Below, one piece after another: positions 29,837 to 39,576 of a stretch of 64,000 bases of DNA (position 1 is its first letter; each line of letters starts with the position of its first letter). The notes beneath the pieces are model-generated. The model was given only the letters and a program-made list of their open reading frames with translations, did not search any database and had not been told where the DNA came from. Source of the stretch: an uncultured Gammaproteobacteria bacterium (GTDB lineage: Bacteria; Patescibacteriota; Microgenomatia; CAYQLK01); NCBI GenBank assembly GCA_964445355.1, contig CAYUKQ010000003.1, positions 3,693-67,692 of the forward strand. Direction: 5' to 3'. The position numbers and the translations under genes were made by a program.

Positions 29837-30805
29837 ATGCATCCGATATTTTATTCATTTGGAGATTTTTCGATCTATACCTGGGGAGTAATGCTGGCGA
29901 TTGCGGTTTTGGGGGGCGTGTTTATTTTTTGGAAATCAGCGGTTAAAGATGATAATGACGCTGAGGAGGCAATTGATATTGCGGTAGCGAGTTTGTTGGG
30001 TGGAATATTGGGTGCAAGATTGGTGTGGATCCTGATCCATTTTAATGATTTTGGAACGAATTTTATTAAATGGGTTTTGGTAAATAGATTCTCCGGATTG
30101 GATTTTTGGGGAGGGATTTTTGGGGCAATTATCTTGGGAGGTTTTGTAGCGAGGAGAAAGAAATGGAAGTTACTTAGAACTTTGGATTTGGCTGCTGTGC
30201 CATTGTTGTTCGGTTCAATTTGGGTCTGGTTGGGGCATTTTTTTAACGGTTCGGCTTATGGAGCGCAAACTGATTGGTTTGTCGGAGTGCTAGCGCCGGG
30301 ATTGGTTGGTAAGCGTCATCCGGTGCAATTGTATATTGTATTTTTGCTGATCTTGGCATTTCTTGCTTTCAAAGCCTTTGTGCGCAAGAGAAGGTTTGCT
30401 GGCGCAAAGGTATTGTTTAGTTTGGTATGGGTGGGTCTAATTATTTTTGGAACGGATTATTTCAGAGCCGAGCGGGATATGACTTTAAAGGTGATAAGTT
30501 TTACTCAGTTGGAAGCTCTGGGGTCAGTAACGATTTTGGTGGTTTGGGGATATTGGATATCTGGGCGCAATATTATTAAAGATTTTGTTTCTGTTTTGAA
30601 ATTCTTTAGAGGGATTATTGTCGGTACTGGTAATTTCTTTTTGTCGACAAGATATAGGAAGAAGATTTCTAAGAAATTTTTTAGGTCACCGGCCAAGATC
30701 GGGCAGCGAGCTATTAATGACAGTTTTGAATTGAAAAGCAGGTTAGTGTGGAAACTTACGCATTTGAAAAGTCAGAAAAAATACAGACGTAAAAGGAAAA
30801 AGTGA
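29837..30805 (+). CDS. lgt: Prolipoprotein diacylglyceryl transferase with extended basic C-terminal tail
   Basis: Lgt signature region near the N-terminus; 7 TM; lgt-lspA order. Confidence 0.85.
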   Translation: MHPIFYSFGDFSIYTWGVMLAIAVLGGVFIFWKSAVKDDNDAEEAIDIAVASLLGGILGARLVWILIHFNDFGTNFIKWVLVNRFSGLDFWGGIFGAIILGGFVARRKKWKLLRTLDLAAVPLLFGSIWVWLGHFFNGSAYGAQTDWFVGVLAPGLVGKRHPVQLYIVFLLILAFLAFKAFVRKRRFAGAKVLFSLVWVGLIIFGTDYFRAERDMTLKVISFTQLEALGSVTILVVWGYWISGRNIIKDFVSVLKFFRGIIVGTGNFFLSTRYRKKISKKFFRSPAKIGQRAINDSFELKSRLVWKLTHLKSQKKYRRKRKK

Positions 30806-31260
30806 AGATAAATAAGTTGCGGGATAAGGGGTTTCTGTTGGTGCTTTTTTTTATGGTTGTGATTATAGCGGTCGATCGGGTCAGCAAAGAGATCGCGTGG
30901 CGTAATTATCGTGATTTGGTAGTTTGGAATTCCGGAATTACTTTGGGTTTTCTGACTCCTGGTGGAATTTTTGGTAAGGTATTTTTACAATCAATAATTG
31001 TTTTGGCCATTATTAGTTTTGTGTTTTGGTTGAGCGGGGAATTCAAGAAGAAGTCCAGAAATTATTTCATTATTTTGCCGTTAGGAGTGGTTGTTGCGGG
31101 TGGAGTGAGTAATTTATTTGATCGGGTATTTTGGGGAAGTGTATTGGATTTTATTCCGTTTTTAAACCTTTGGACATTTAATATCGCGGATCTTTCTATA
31201 AGTTCTGGGATCATAGCGCTTATTTTGGGTAAGCTTTTTTATGGATCAAAAAACGCTTAA
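30802..31260 (+). CDS. lspA: Lipoprotein signal peptidase II
   Basis: FDRVFWGSVLDF and NIADLSI conserved Asp boxes. Confidence 0.85.
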   Translation: MKINKLRDKGFLLVLFFMVVIIAVDRVSKEIAWRNYRDLVVWNSGITLGFLTPGGIFGKVFLQSIIVLAIISFVFWLSGEFKKKSRNYFIILPLGVVVAGGVSNLFDRVFWGSVLDFIPFLNLWTFNIADLSISSGIIALILGKLFYGSKNA

Positions 31261-32014
31261 GGTTTTGTTTGAAGACGAAAGTATGATGGTAGTTGATAAG
31301 CCGTACGGTGTGGTGGTTAATCGGGCTGATACGACAACTAGTTTTACCTTACAAGAGATGCTTGAGAAGTATTTTGGATATGCAGGTTTGGGCGGGCCGG
31401 GTGATCGGGCGGGGATTGTTCACAGGTTAGATAAGGATACGAGTGGGGTGATGTTGGTTGCAAAGACCGATGAGGCGATGATGGAGCTACAGAGCCAATT
31501 CAAACAAAGAGTAGTGAAAAAAACGTACATTGCTTTGGCTCATGGTTTTACTAAGCCATTGTTTAAAGTTGAATTACCACTGATCAGATCTCGGGCGAAT
31601 AGATTGAGATACACGATTGACCGCAGTGTGGGAAGGTCTGCTGAAACTGACTTTAAAACGCTCAAGACCTTAGTTATTGGTGGTGAAGTCGAGGGTGAAA
31701 TTAAGAAAAAGCTGTCTAGGGATTTTTGGGTTAGTTATAATAAGTTTAGCCTTGTTGAGGCATATCCCAAAACAGGCAGAACTCACCAGATCAGGGTACA
31801 TTTGCATAGTATTTTTTCGCCAATCGTGGCAGATGAAATATATGGAGGCAGAAAGTCATTGAGGATCGACAGGATTTGGGCTACGAGAATGTTTTTACAC
31901 GCTAAAAGAATCGAATTCTATCATCCGAGAACAAAAGAGCTAGTCGCTTTTGAAAGTGAATTGCCGGAGGCGCTAAATGATATCTTGGACAAAATGGTCG
32001 AGGTTGAAGTTTAG
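31241..32014 (+). CDS. RluA-family 23S rRNA pseudouridine synthase (RluD-like)
   Basis: HRLDKDTSGV catalytic Asp motif. Confidence 0.85.
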   Translation: MDQKTLKVLFEDESMMVVDKPYGVVVNRADTTTSFTLQEMLEKYFGYAGLGGPGDRAGIVHRLDKDTSGVMLVAKTDEAMMELQSQFKQRVVKKTYIALAHGFTKPLFKVELPLIRSRANRLRYTIDRSVGRSAETDFKTLKTLVIGGEVEGEIKKKLSRDFWVSYNKFSLVEAYPKTGRTHQIRVHLHSIFSPIVADEIYGGRKSLRIDRIWATRMFLHAKRIEFYHPRTKELVAFESELPEALNDILDKMVEVEV

Positions 32015-32070
32015 ATTGCTTCAAACTAATAATAGAAACAGGTCGTAAGTTTTGCGGTTATTAGTTTTTT

Positions 32071-33135
32071 ATGCAAAAAATCGGTAAATCTAAGATAAGA
32101 AAAGCCTCTCCAGTTATAAAGAAACGTAAACGGAATAGAATGGTGTTTTTTGCGGTTCTGATTCTGGTGAGTTTGGCGACGGCGAATGGGATTTTTAAAT
32201 TTGTGAAATTTAATGACTATGTAACCAAACCGATCGATGGGACGGAGAAGAAAATGTCTAGTAGTAGTTGGAAGGGTGACAGGATTATTACAGTAGCGGT
32301 TGATTCTAATCCGGTGGTTTTGGTCGTTTTTGATCCTTCGACGCGCAAGGTTGGAATTATATCGATGCCTCGAGATACATATAGTGTAGTGCCGGCAGAT
32401 TTGGGATTGTACCCGGTCTACTCAGTCAGGGAGTTGGGCGAGCTTAAGGGGGTGCATGGTGGTGAATTATTTGAAAATACTTTGTCAAATTTTATTAATG
32501 CTCCAGTTGAAAGGTACCTGTTTTTTCCTAAGAATGAAATGGTTTTAGGTGACAATAAAGATCAGATTTTGGCACGCGTGCAAACTGCATTCTCCATCAA
32601 GAATTTAATCCAGGCACCATTTAAGGTGAACGAGAAAGAGATGGTTAGTAATCTAAGTTGGTCGGAGTCGCTTAAGCTGTGGTGGTTTGCTAGGGGGGTA
32701 AGAAGTGATAGGTTTGAATATTACGATCTAAGCAAGAACGGGGTTATTTCGCCAATTATCTTGGCGGATGGTACACCGGCTTTTGGTGCGGATGATGTGG
32801 GAGTAGCTGATTTTACGCGCAAGGTGTTTACCGAGGAAGAGATATTATCAGAAAAGCTGAAGATCGAGATACTTAACGGTACAGACTCGCCCGGAAGGGG
32901 TAATAAGATCGCTAATATTTTGGATAACATCGGTTGTGATGTTGTTAGGGTCGGTAATTATACCGGAGAGGAATTTGAGGAGACAAAAATTACGATCGGT
33001 CAGGATACGACGGAAACCTTGACGGTTAAGCGGTTAGAGGAGATTTTGGATTCGAAAGCTGAGATCGGTGATTTTGAGGCGCGTGATGTTGACATCACAA
33101 TTATTCTGGGGCAAGATATCCTGAAGAGATTTTAG
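32071..33135 (+). CDS. LytR-CpsA-Psr (LCP) family cell-envelope glycopolymer ligase
   Basis: N-terminal TM, LCP core VGIISMPRDTY, C-terminal LytR_C-like region. Confidence 0.75.
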   Translation: MQKIGKSKIRKASPVIKKRKRNRMVFFAVLILVSLATANGIFKFVKFNDYVTKPIDGTEKKMSSSSWKGDRIITVAVDSNPVVLVVFDPSTRKVGIISMPRDTYSVVPADLGLYPVYSVRELGELKGVHGGELFENTLSNFINAPVERYLFFPKNEMVLGDNKDQILARVQTAFSIKNLIQAPFKVNEKEMVSNLSWSESLKLWWFARGVRSDRFEYYDLSKNGVISPIILADGTPAFGADDVGVADFTRKVFTEEEILSEKLKIEILNGTDSPGRGNKIANILDNIGCDVVRVGNYTGEEFEETKITIGQDTTETLTVKRLEEILDSKAEIGDFEARDVDITIILGQDILKRF

Positions 33136-33151
33136 TGGGAATTTAAAAAAT

Positions 33152-33604
33152 ATGTTTACGATTTGGATAATTGCTGCAATTGTTGTTTTTGCTGTTTCGT
33201 TAGTCATCGCAGTAATCAGTGTCGAGAAAGATAAAAAGTTAGAGGCACTACAGGAGGATGTTTCTGAGCGTGGTGATGCGATGTTTCTTGATAAAGAAGA
33301 GGAAGCTCCGAAGCTCGGCCATGGAGCAACCAGGCAGGAGATCGAGCCCGGTGAAAGCAGAGAGCTTTTAGATGATACACAACATAGTCATGCTACGATC
33401 GTAGGCTCTGATACAGTAGGAGCTGGTCATGTCAGTACAAATCAGCCGGCTGTTCATTCTGGTCCCGCGGTTGCCGGGGGTTTTGAGTCTGCAGCCGCAG
33501 TTAAGAGTGAGGATGAAGAGGATGAAATAATTCCAAGATATTTGGAAGAAGAAATGAATGACAAGGAGCAGTCTAAGAAGTTAGCCGGGGAGATCGATCT
33601 CTAG
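33152..33604 (+). CDS. Hypothetical membrane-anchored acidic protein
   Basis: N-terminal TM helix then acidic low-complexity region. Confidence 0.5.
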   Translation: MFTIWIIAAIVVFAVSLVIAVISVEKDKKLEALQEDVSERGDAMFLDKEEEAPKLGHGATRQEIEPGESRELLDDTQHSHATIVGSDTVGAGHVSTNQPAVHSGPAVAGGFESAAAVKSEDEEDEIIPRYLEEEMNDKEQSKKLAGEIDL

Positions 33605-33650
33605 GCTTAAGCTAAGAGTTTAAATGTAATTATTTTTGAGCAGGGTTTAT

Positions 33651-34286
33651 TTATTCCGTAAAAGAAGGTTGATGAGAGAGAGATTTGCTGCGAGAAAGCT
33701 CAAACAAAATTACCTGAACTGTTTTCTGTGTAACAGACTTAATACAACAGTCGTAAGTGTTACCTGCAGCGATTAATTTAAGAAGTCGAAAAGATAGGTC
33801 GTCTGGTAGATTACCAACGTGTTTGTTCTCGTATGTAGCTAATTCAATAGTATGTTTTTTAGGACAAATTTTTAGTTTGTCGCCTGATGCTAATTTGGAA
33901 AGTAGAATCGGATCACCAATTTTTACCAGCTCGACAACTTTGGTTTTTCCGGGTTCAGAAGCGAGTTTTTGGAATAATTCACGAAAGTTCTGCTTATCCC
34001 CATCCAAAGTCGGAGTTTTTTGATCAGAGGCTAAGCGGTTGAGCCGGTTAAGGTTTTTTTTGGCGATTACATTAAATCCATCAAGATCTGTGACAGTTTT
34101 GTATGTTTGTCTAGATTTGGTGATATTGCCAGTTTCGAAATAAGCCCTGGCTAGGCGATTAAGGGTTTCGATGTCGTCCGGGTTATCTTTGAGAATTTTT
34201 TTGTTTAGCTCAATTGCCAGTTCCCAATTGTAATCAAGTGCCGCTGAGACTGCTTGTCCTTCAAGCATTTTGTTCTCGTTTGTCAT
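33651..34286 (-). CDS. Hypothetical protein with N-terminal TPR-like repeats
   Basis: TPR-like helices (LARAYFETGNITKS). Confidence 0.5.
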   Translation of the reverse strand: MTNENKMLEGQAVSAALDYNWELAIELNKKILKDNPDDIETLNRLARAYFETGNITKSRQTYKTVTDLDGFNVIAKKNLNRLNRLASDQKTPTLDGDKQNFRELFQKLASEPGKTKVVELVKIGDPILLSKLASGDKLKICPKKHTIELATYENKHVGNLPDDLSFRLLKLIAAGNTYDCCIKSVTQKTVQVILFELSRSKSLSHQPSFTE

Positions 34287-34443
34287 TAAGTTCTAAAGTA
34301 TATTGAATAAAAAACAAATGTCAATTTGATTATTGAAACCCGCAGATTTGAAGGGTGGAATTGCGAAGATAAATCTGACAGTTTTGACAAAAGTGTTTGA
34401 ATCGACTTTAATTTAGCTTTGATTAAACAATAATATTTGAAGA

Positions 34444-35187
34444 ATGTCAGGACATAGTAAATGGTCGACGATCAAACGCCAAAAAGGGGCAAATGACGCA
34501 AAAAAAGGTGCGGTCTTTACACGGCTGGCAAACGCGATTATGATCGCCGTAAAGGAAGGTGGTTCTGGTGATCCGGATACTAATTTTAAGCTGAGGCTGG
34601 TTCTGGATCAGGCTAAGGCAGTTAATTTTCCGAAGGAAAATATTTCCAGAGCAATCGATAAAGCTTTGGGTAAGGGTGGTGGTCCGGCGATGGAGGCGGT
34701 GATTTATGAAGGGTTTGCACCACATGGTGTGGCAATTGTGGTAGAAGCGATCACCGATAATCGCAACCGAACAGCTTCAGAGGTAAAGAGTACGATTGAG
34801 AAGTCGGGTGGAAGTCTGGGTGGTCCTGGTTCAACTCAGTGGATGTTTGAAAAGAAGGGGTTAATTGAAGTGGAGGTTGGTAGTGAGGGCTCGGACGAGT
34901 TTTTTTTGAAAGTTGCAGATTTTGGAGCCGATGATGTTGAGGTGGTCGATGGGGCGACGGTTGAGGTTGTGACAAAACAAACTGAATTAAAAAAAGTTGA
35001 AGATCAGTTAAGGGAGGCAGGTTATAATGTGAAGTCAGCCGATTTTGATTTTGTGGCAAAGAATGGAGTTAGTCTTGATGATTCGGATAAGATCAATTCA
35101 GTGCTTGGATTGATCGAAAGACTTGAGGATCTAGGTGATGTAGTTAAGGTTAGTTCGAATCTTGAACTGCGGGAAGATTTTGGTTGA
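34444..35187 (+). CDS. yebC: YebC/PmpR-family transcriptional regulator
   Basis: MSGHSKWSTIKRQKG N-terminus is diagnostic. Confidence 0.9.
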   Translation: MSGHSKWSTIKRQKGANDAKKGAVFTRLANAIMIAVKEGGSGDPDTNFKLRLVLDQAKAVNFPKENISRAIDKALGKGGGPAMEAVIYEGFAPHGVAIVVEAITDNRNRTASEVKSTIEKSGGSLGGPGSTQWMFEKKGLIEVEVGSEGSDEFFLKVADFGADDVEVVDGATVEVVTKQTELKKVEDQLREAGYNVKSADFDFVAKNGVSLDDSDKINSVLGLIERLEDLGDVVKVSSNLELREDFG

Positions 35188-35221
35188 TATTTTTTACAAT
35201 TAGAAATAAAAAAAGGATTAA

Positions 35222-35773
35222 ATGCAGGATTTGATTATTGGAATTGACCCCGGTACTGCAACAACCGGATTTGGGGTGTTGGATGTGGCCGGTATTAAGC
35301 CTGTTTTGGTTGAGTATGGTTGTATTTCGACTCCAAAGAATATTTTTATGCCGGATCGGTTGTTAATGCTGATGATGGGGTTGGATAACTTGTTTAGCAA
35401 ATATATGCCTCAGGCTGTCGTGATCGAAAACTTGTTTTTTGGAGTTAACGCTAAAACTGCGATCACCGTTGGTCAGGGTCGTGGGGTTGTTATGGTAACA
35501 GCGGCAAAATATGGATTGCCTTGTTTTGAATATCAGGGTTTGAGTATTAAAAAAGAAATTACCGGAAGCGGTAAGGCGGATAAATTGATGATCCAGGATG
35601 CAGTAGCGAAAATACTTGGAGTTGATGAGTGGACTAAGCCTAAGGAAGGTTATTTGGATGATGCCGTAGATGCATTGGCGATAGGGCTTTTTCATTACCG
35701 TCAAGTGACCGGAACAATAAATAAAAGTTTAGAGTCAGATAAAAAACCAAAACAAAAGGGGAGAGGAAAATGA
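35222..35773 (+). CDS. ruvC: Crossover junction endodeoxyribonuclease RuvC
   Basis: IIGIDPGTATTGFGV N-terminus with catalytic Asp and RNase H-like fold pattern. Confidence 0.85.
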   Translation: MQDLIIGIDPGTATTGFGVLDVAGIKPVLVEYGCISTPKNIFMPDRLLMLMMGLDNLFSKYMPQAVVIENLFFGVNAKTAITVGQGRGVVMVTAAKYGLPCFEYQGLSIKKEITGSGKADKLMIQDAVAKILGVDEWTKPKEGYLDDAVDALAIGLFHYRQVTGTINKSLESDKKPKQKGRGK

Positions 35774-36630
35774 AATTTTTGATCAAGAAGAAAATCAGAC
35801 GAGCGAAAAATCCGATGGCGGTAAGGACAAGCAAAATTAGGGTGTCTGAGAAGTTGGGAATTTCTAAAAGGCAGATTTTGGTCTTTTTTTCAATATTAAT
35901 GACTGGTGGTTTAACGGTTTCGTTACTGTCAGAAGGCAGAAGTCTGTATCTGCTGTCTTTTTTGCTGGCAGTGGCGGCAAGTTTGGTAACAATATGGGTG
36001 TTAAGAAGAGATCTGGCCGGAATTAAATATTTTGTATTGCCGATCTTGCCGTTTTTCTTCACGTTTGCAATGGCGTTGTTTTTTCAGTTACTACCGGAAA
36101 GATGGTTGACCAGATTGCCGTTTATGGCAGTGTATGGGGTGTCGATATATTTAATATTTCTTAACCAGAATGTCTACAATATTGCGGCTATCAGGACGAT
36201 TGCGTTACTGCGTGCAGCTCATTCTGTGGGGCTATTATTTACACTTATTTCGGTTTTTATTATTGCCAACGTCACATTCTCTTTAAGATTTAATTTTGTA
36301 TTTCTAACGCTGATTTTGACGACAATTTGCGGATTGATGATTTTTCAGACCCTCTGGTCATTCGAGTTGGAGGATTTGCTAACTAAGCGACTGCTTAAGA
36401 TGACGTTGGTTTTGACATTGATCGTTTCACAAGTCGTGCTGACTTTGTCCTTTTGGCCAGCTGAGCCAACGGTTCAGGCTATAGCAGTCACAACGGCGGT
36501 GTATATGTTACTGGGTTTAAGTCAGGCTTATTATTCGGAACGTTTGTTTCGACGAACGGCGATTGAATATATTTTGTTGGGAGCAGGGGTTTTTGTTCTG
36601 CTATTTCTGACGACCAGCTGGATCAGCTAA
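35770..36630 (+). CDS. Hypothetical polytopic membrane protein (about 8 TM), ATGA-overlapped with ruvC
   Basis: Multiple hydrophobic segments; no recognisable domain. Confidence 0.55.
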   Translation: MKFLIKKKIRRAKNPMAVRTSKIRVSEKLGISKRQILVFFSILMTGGLTVSLLSEGRSLYLLSFLLAVAASLVTIWVLRRDLAGIKYFVLPILPFFFTFAMALFFQLLPERWLTRLPFMAVYGVSIYLIFLNQNVYNIAAIRTIALLRAAHSVGLLFTLISVFIIANVTFSLRFNFVFLTLILTTICGLMIFQTLWSFELEDLLTKRLLKMTLVLTLIVSQVVLTLSFWPAEPTVQAIAVTTAVYMLLGLSQAYYSERLFRRTAIEYILLGAGVFVLLFLTTSWIS

Positions 36631-36639
36631 CGCCCGTTT

Positions 36640-37990
36640 AGCTTTCTGTATATCCTATAGTAATTAAATAAAATTAATTCTCATTGATCGTAATGGGTCT
36701 TGCGGATTGAGAGAAATTTCTATTGAGATCAAGACAATTAGAAAAGATAAGAGAAGGGGTGAAAAGAGAAAAATTGGATACCGATATTGAGATAGGGAAG
36801 TAAGGCGATTTAGCTTTAATGTTTGAATTTTTGATATAGTTTGATATACTTGTGAAAAATAGCGTGAAAACAAGTGTGAAAACTGATGACAGTTAAAGGC
36901 GGGGAGTGACAAACGTGTGTTTGTGGATAACTTATTTTGATCGTAGCTGGTCTTCGTCTGTTTAAGTAGGTGGTCATCTTGCCCTGTGTGATGCTTACAA
37001 GTATTGTTCTCTGTCAATTAGGTTGGAGTATGAAAATAGCTTTAAAATTGAGTGTTTATCCTATTGTAACAATCTAAATTATTAACATAAGACTCGAATA
37101 TTATAGGGTCTATTTAGCCTTGAATGCAGAGGTGTGTTGGTATCAGGTAGTAAGGGTGTAGGGACTAATAGCATTAATCAAGAACAAGGTAAAAGGATAG
37201 ATTGATTGAGCTTGTTATCTAGATCTGCACTGCTCCCAAGATAAGTGAGTCAGAAGTAAAAAATGATATGTCGTACAATATAACTTTTGCGACGTAAAAT
37301 AAAAAAAATGGAGTGGGGTTGAAAACCAATAAAAATTAGAAAAAACTTAAAAAAATGTTTTTTGAAAATTTTTTTTCTTTGATATATTTTGATTCTGCTT
37401 TCTTTTTTTCTGGGCCTATGATGATTAATTTGATATAGTTTTATACAATTGTGTAAATTTATATATTTTTTGCGGGATTTATGAGGTAAATGGCTGTAAA
37501 AATTAAAATTTATCCGATAGACTACCCTGCCCGACTAATAAAAAGCCGTTTTAGGCCCAATCAGGGGCTTTTAGCCTCAAATACTCGGTATTTTACAGCT
37601 GAGGTGGTATAAATCTTACTTGATTCCTGGACATTAAATATTCGGAGGCCAAATACTTGTTTGTTAAAAGGATTGTTTCGGAGATTATCGGTTTCTTGGC
37701 AAAATTATCCATAATCAGGCGGATTGTCTTGCTGAGTCTAGTCGTTGCAGTGCTTGCAAGCGCGACCGCTTGGATTGTGACTCAGGATGTGTCGTGGGCT
37801 TATGTAACGTTGTTCCTTGGAGCTTTTGCTTGGGCGGCTTTTGGTACCTCTGTTACACAAATCTCTCGGCTTGATTAAGGTTTTCGTCGCCTTGTACCGG
37901 TTTTTTAAATCTTAACCCACTATTTTTTGATGGGTTTAAGAATTGACTGACCGGTTTTTCTTAAAAAGTGATATGTCGCACAATGTGATA
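36640..37990. other. 1.35-kb AT-rich non-coding region with a perfect DnaA box (36922-36930 TGTGGATAA), several 7-8/9 DnaA-box-like sites, AT-tract (37320-37410), repeated TTGATATAGTTT and GTGAAAA elements and two copies of GATATGTCG(T/C)ACAAT
   Basis: No ORF over 75 aa on either strand; motifs read directly from the sequence. Confidence 0.5.
37657..37878 (+). CDS. Possible small two-TM membrane protein (TTG start, GGAGG RBS)
   Basis: 73-aa ORF with two hydrophobic helices; weak. Confidence 0.3.
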   Translation: MFVKRIVSEIIGFLAKLSIIRRIVLLSLVVAVLASATAWIVTQDVSWAYVTLFLGAFAWAAFGTSVTQISRLD

Positions 37991-38000
37991 GAGTGGATAT

Positions 38001-38972
38001 ATGGAGACTCCCAAAAACTCGTTAAAAGAAAAAACTGATAAGTTTGAGAAAGAGATTAGGGAGTTTTTGGAGTATTTGGAGGTTGAGCGTAATGTCTCTC
38101 CCCTAACGATTAGGGACTATAAACATTATTTGGAAGTATTTGCCAGCTGGGCAAACGAAAATAATATTAGTGACATCGAAAGTGTTGATATTAAACAGAT
38201 AAGGTCGTTTCGATTGTTTTTATCAAGAAAATTAACGCAGGACGGCGAGCCTATTAAAAAAATAACCCAGAATTATTATGTGATTGCCCTAAGGGCAATG
38301 TTAAGGTTTTTGGTCAAGAATGATCGGGAGGTCTTGTCTCCAGACAAGATCGAGCTCGGTAAGCAGGAGGGTCGACAGGTAAAGTTCTTGACTCAGGATC
38401 ATTTGAATCGGTTGTTGAACAGTCCGAATATTAATAGTTTAAGCGGGTTAAGGGATAAGGCTATTTTGGAGATGCTTTTTTCGACCGGATTGCGTGTTTC
38501 TGAGATGGTTAGTTTGGACCGTGATTCGATAGATTTAAATTCGGGTGAATTTGGAGTTATGGGAAAGGGCCGCAGGGTTCGAGTGGTGTTTTTGTCGCCA
38601 GATTCTGCCACTTGGATTGCAAGATACCTCAATGCTCGGGATGATCATTACGAGCCGTTATTTGTTAGATTTAAGGGTAAAAAGTCGATTGTGGATGATG
38701 ATGAGAGCCACAGGTTAACCTCTAGGAGCATTCAAAGAATCGTTGAAAGTTATGTTAAAAAAGCACAGCTACCAATAAAAGCAACTCCGCACACTTTAAG
38801 GCATTCTTTTGCGACGGATCTATTGAATAATGGTGCTGATATTCGAAGTGTACAGGAGATGTTGGGACATAAAAATATTGCGACCACTCAAATATATACC
38901 CACGTAACGAATCGTCAGCTTAGGGAGGTGCATCAGGCTTTTCATTCAAGAAAAAAGAATGCGGACGAATAG
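38001..38972 (+). CDS. xerC: Tyrosine site-specific recombinase, XerC/XerD family
   Basis: C-terminal catalytic region HTLRHSFATDLL ... LGHKNIATTQIYTHV with the tyrosine nucleophile. Confidence 0.85.
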   Translation: METPKNSLKEKTDKFEKEIREFLEYLEVERNVSPLTIRDYKHYLEVFASWANENNISDIESVDIKQIRSFRLFLSRKLTQDGEPIKKITQNYYVIALRAMLRFLVKNDREVLSPDKIELGKQEGRQVKFLTQDHLNRLLNSPNINSLSGLRDKAILEMLFSTGLRVSEMVSLDRDSIDLNSGEFGVMGKGRRVRVVFLSPDSATWIARYLNARDDHYEPLFVRFKGKKSIVDDDESHRLTSRSIQRIVESYVKKAQLPIKATPHTLRHSFATDLLNNGADIRSVQEMLGHKNIATTQIYTHVTNRQLREVHQAFHSRKKNADE

Positions 38973-39053
38973 AAATAAAGATTATGGTCTGTGAAAACCC
39001 CACCTTACCAGGCCAAGTGCCCAGGGTAAGGTGGGAGTATAAAATGATTTCTT

Positions 39054-39386
39054 TCAGCACCAGAGTGATGTTTGGCAGACCAGAATGGTTGGCATAAACA
39101 AGAGGTCGTCGAGGTGCCATCGAGGCTGGGCATGCCTGACGCTTTTTGCAGCGCCAGTCAGCAGTTCGTAAGCCAGTTCGGGGGCCATGGTCAGGTCCTT
39201 GCCGGGTTCGCGCTTGGACACGATTGGGATCTGATCCAGGTCGAAATTGATTTGTGCAAGGCGATAGGTGGGTTTGTCCGGGCTTGGCTGGACTGGTTGG
39301 CCGTTAAAGTCGGTAAATATCGGGCGATGACGGAAAAGAACCAGACTCAGTCCGCGGCGGTTGGTACTGTTTTCAAAAAACACCAA
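39054..39386 (-). CDS. GC-rich hypothetical ORF; reading frame stays open upstream to about 39546 (directly after the SIMPL gene stop) with no canonical start before TTG 39386
   Basis: Protein-like 110-164-aa frame in a 57% GC patch; start unresolved. Confidence 0.4.
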   Translation of the reverse strand: MVFFENSTNRRGLSLVLFRHRPIFTDFNGQPVQPSPDKPTYRLAQINFDLDQIPIVSKREPGKDLTMAPELAYELLTGAAKSVRHAQPRWHLDDLLFMPTILVCQTSLWC

Positions 39387-39576
39387 CCTTGCAGCTGTCG
39401 GGTACTGTGTGAGGAGTGATTCAACTAGCCCGTCGAGTTGGGGGTGGCGCTTAAAAACTTTCGCGAACAGAGTCTTTCTCCCCTTTCCCTTCGGCGGTTT
39501 TTTGGTATACCACCGAATTTGTTTTTTTGGATTAAGGTGCTTAATCTAAGATATTATCAAATCGGGAAGGTATTTA

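Noticed and set aside
36640-37990. Calling this region oriC outright
   Set aside because: No dnaA or dnaN is adjacent and there is only one perfect DnaA box. It is kept as a hedged finding rather than a feature call.
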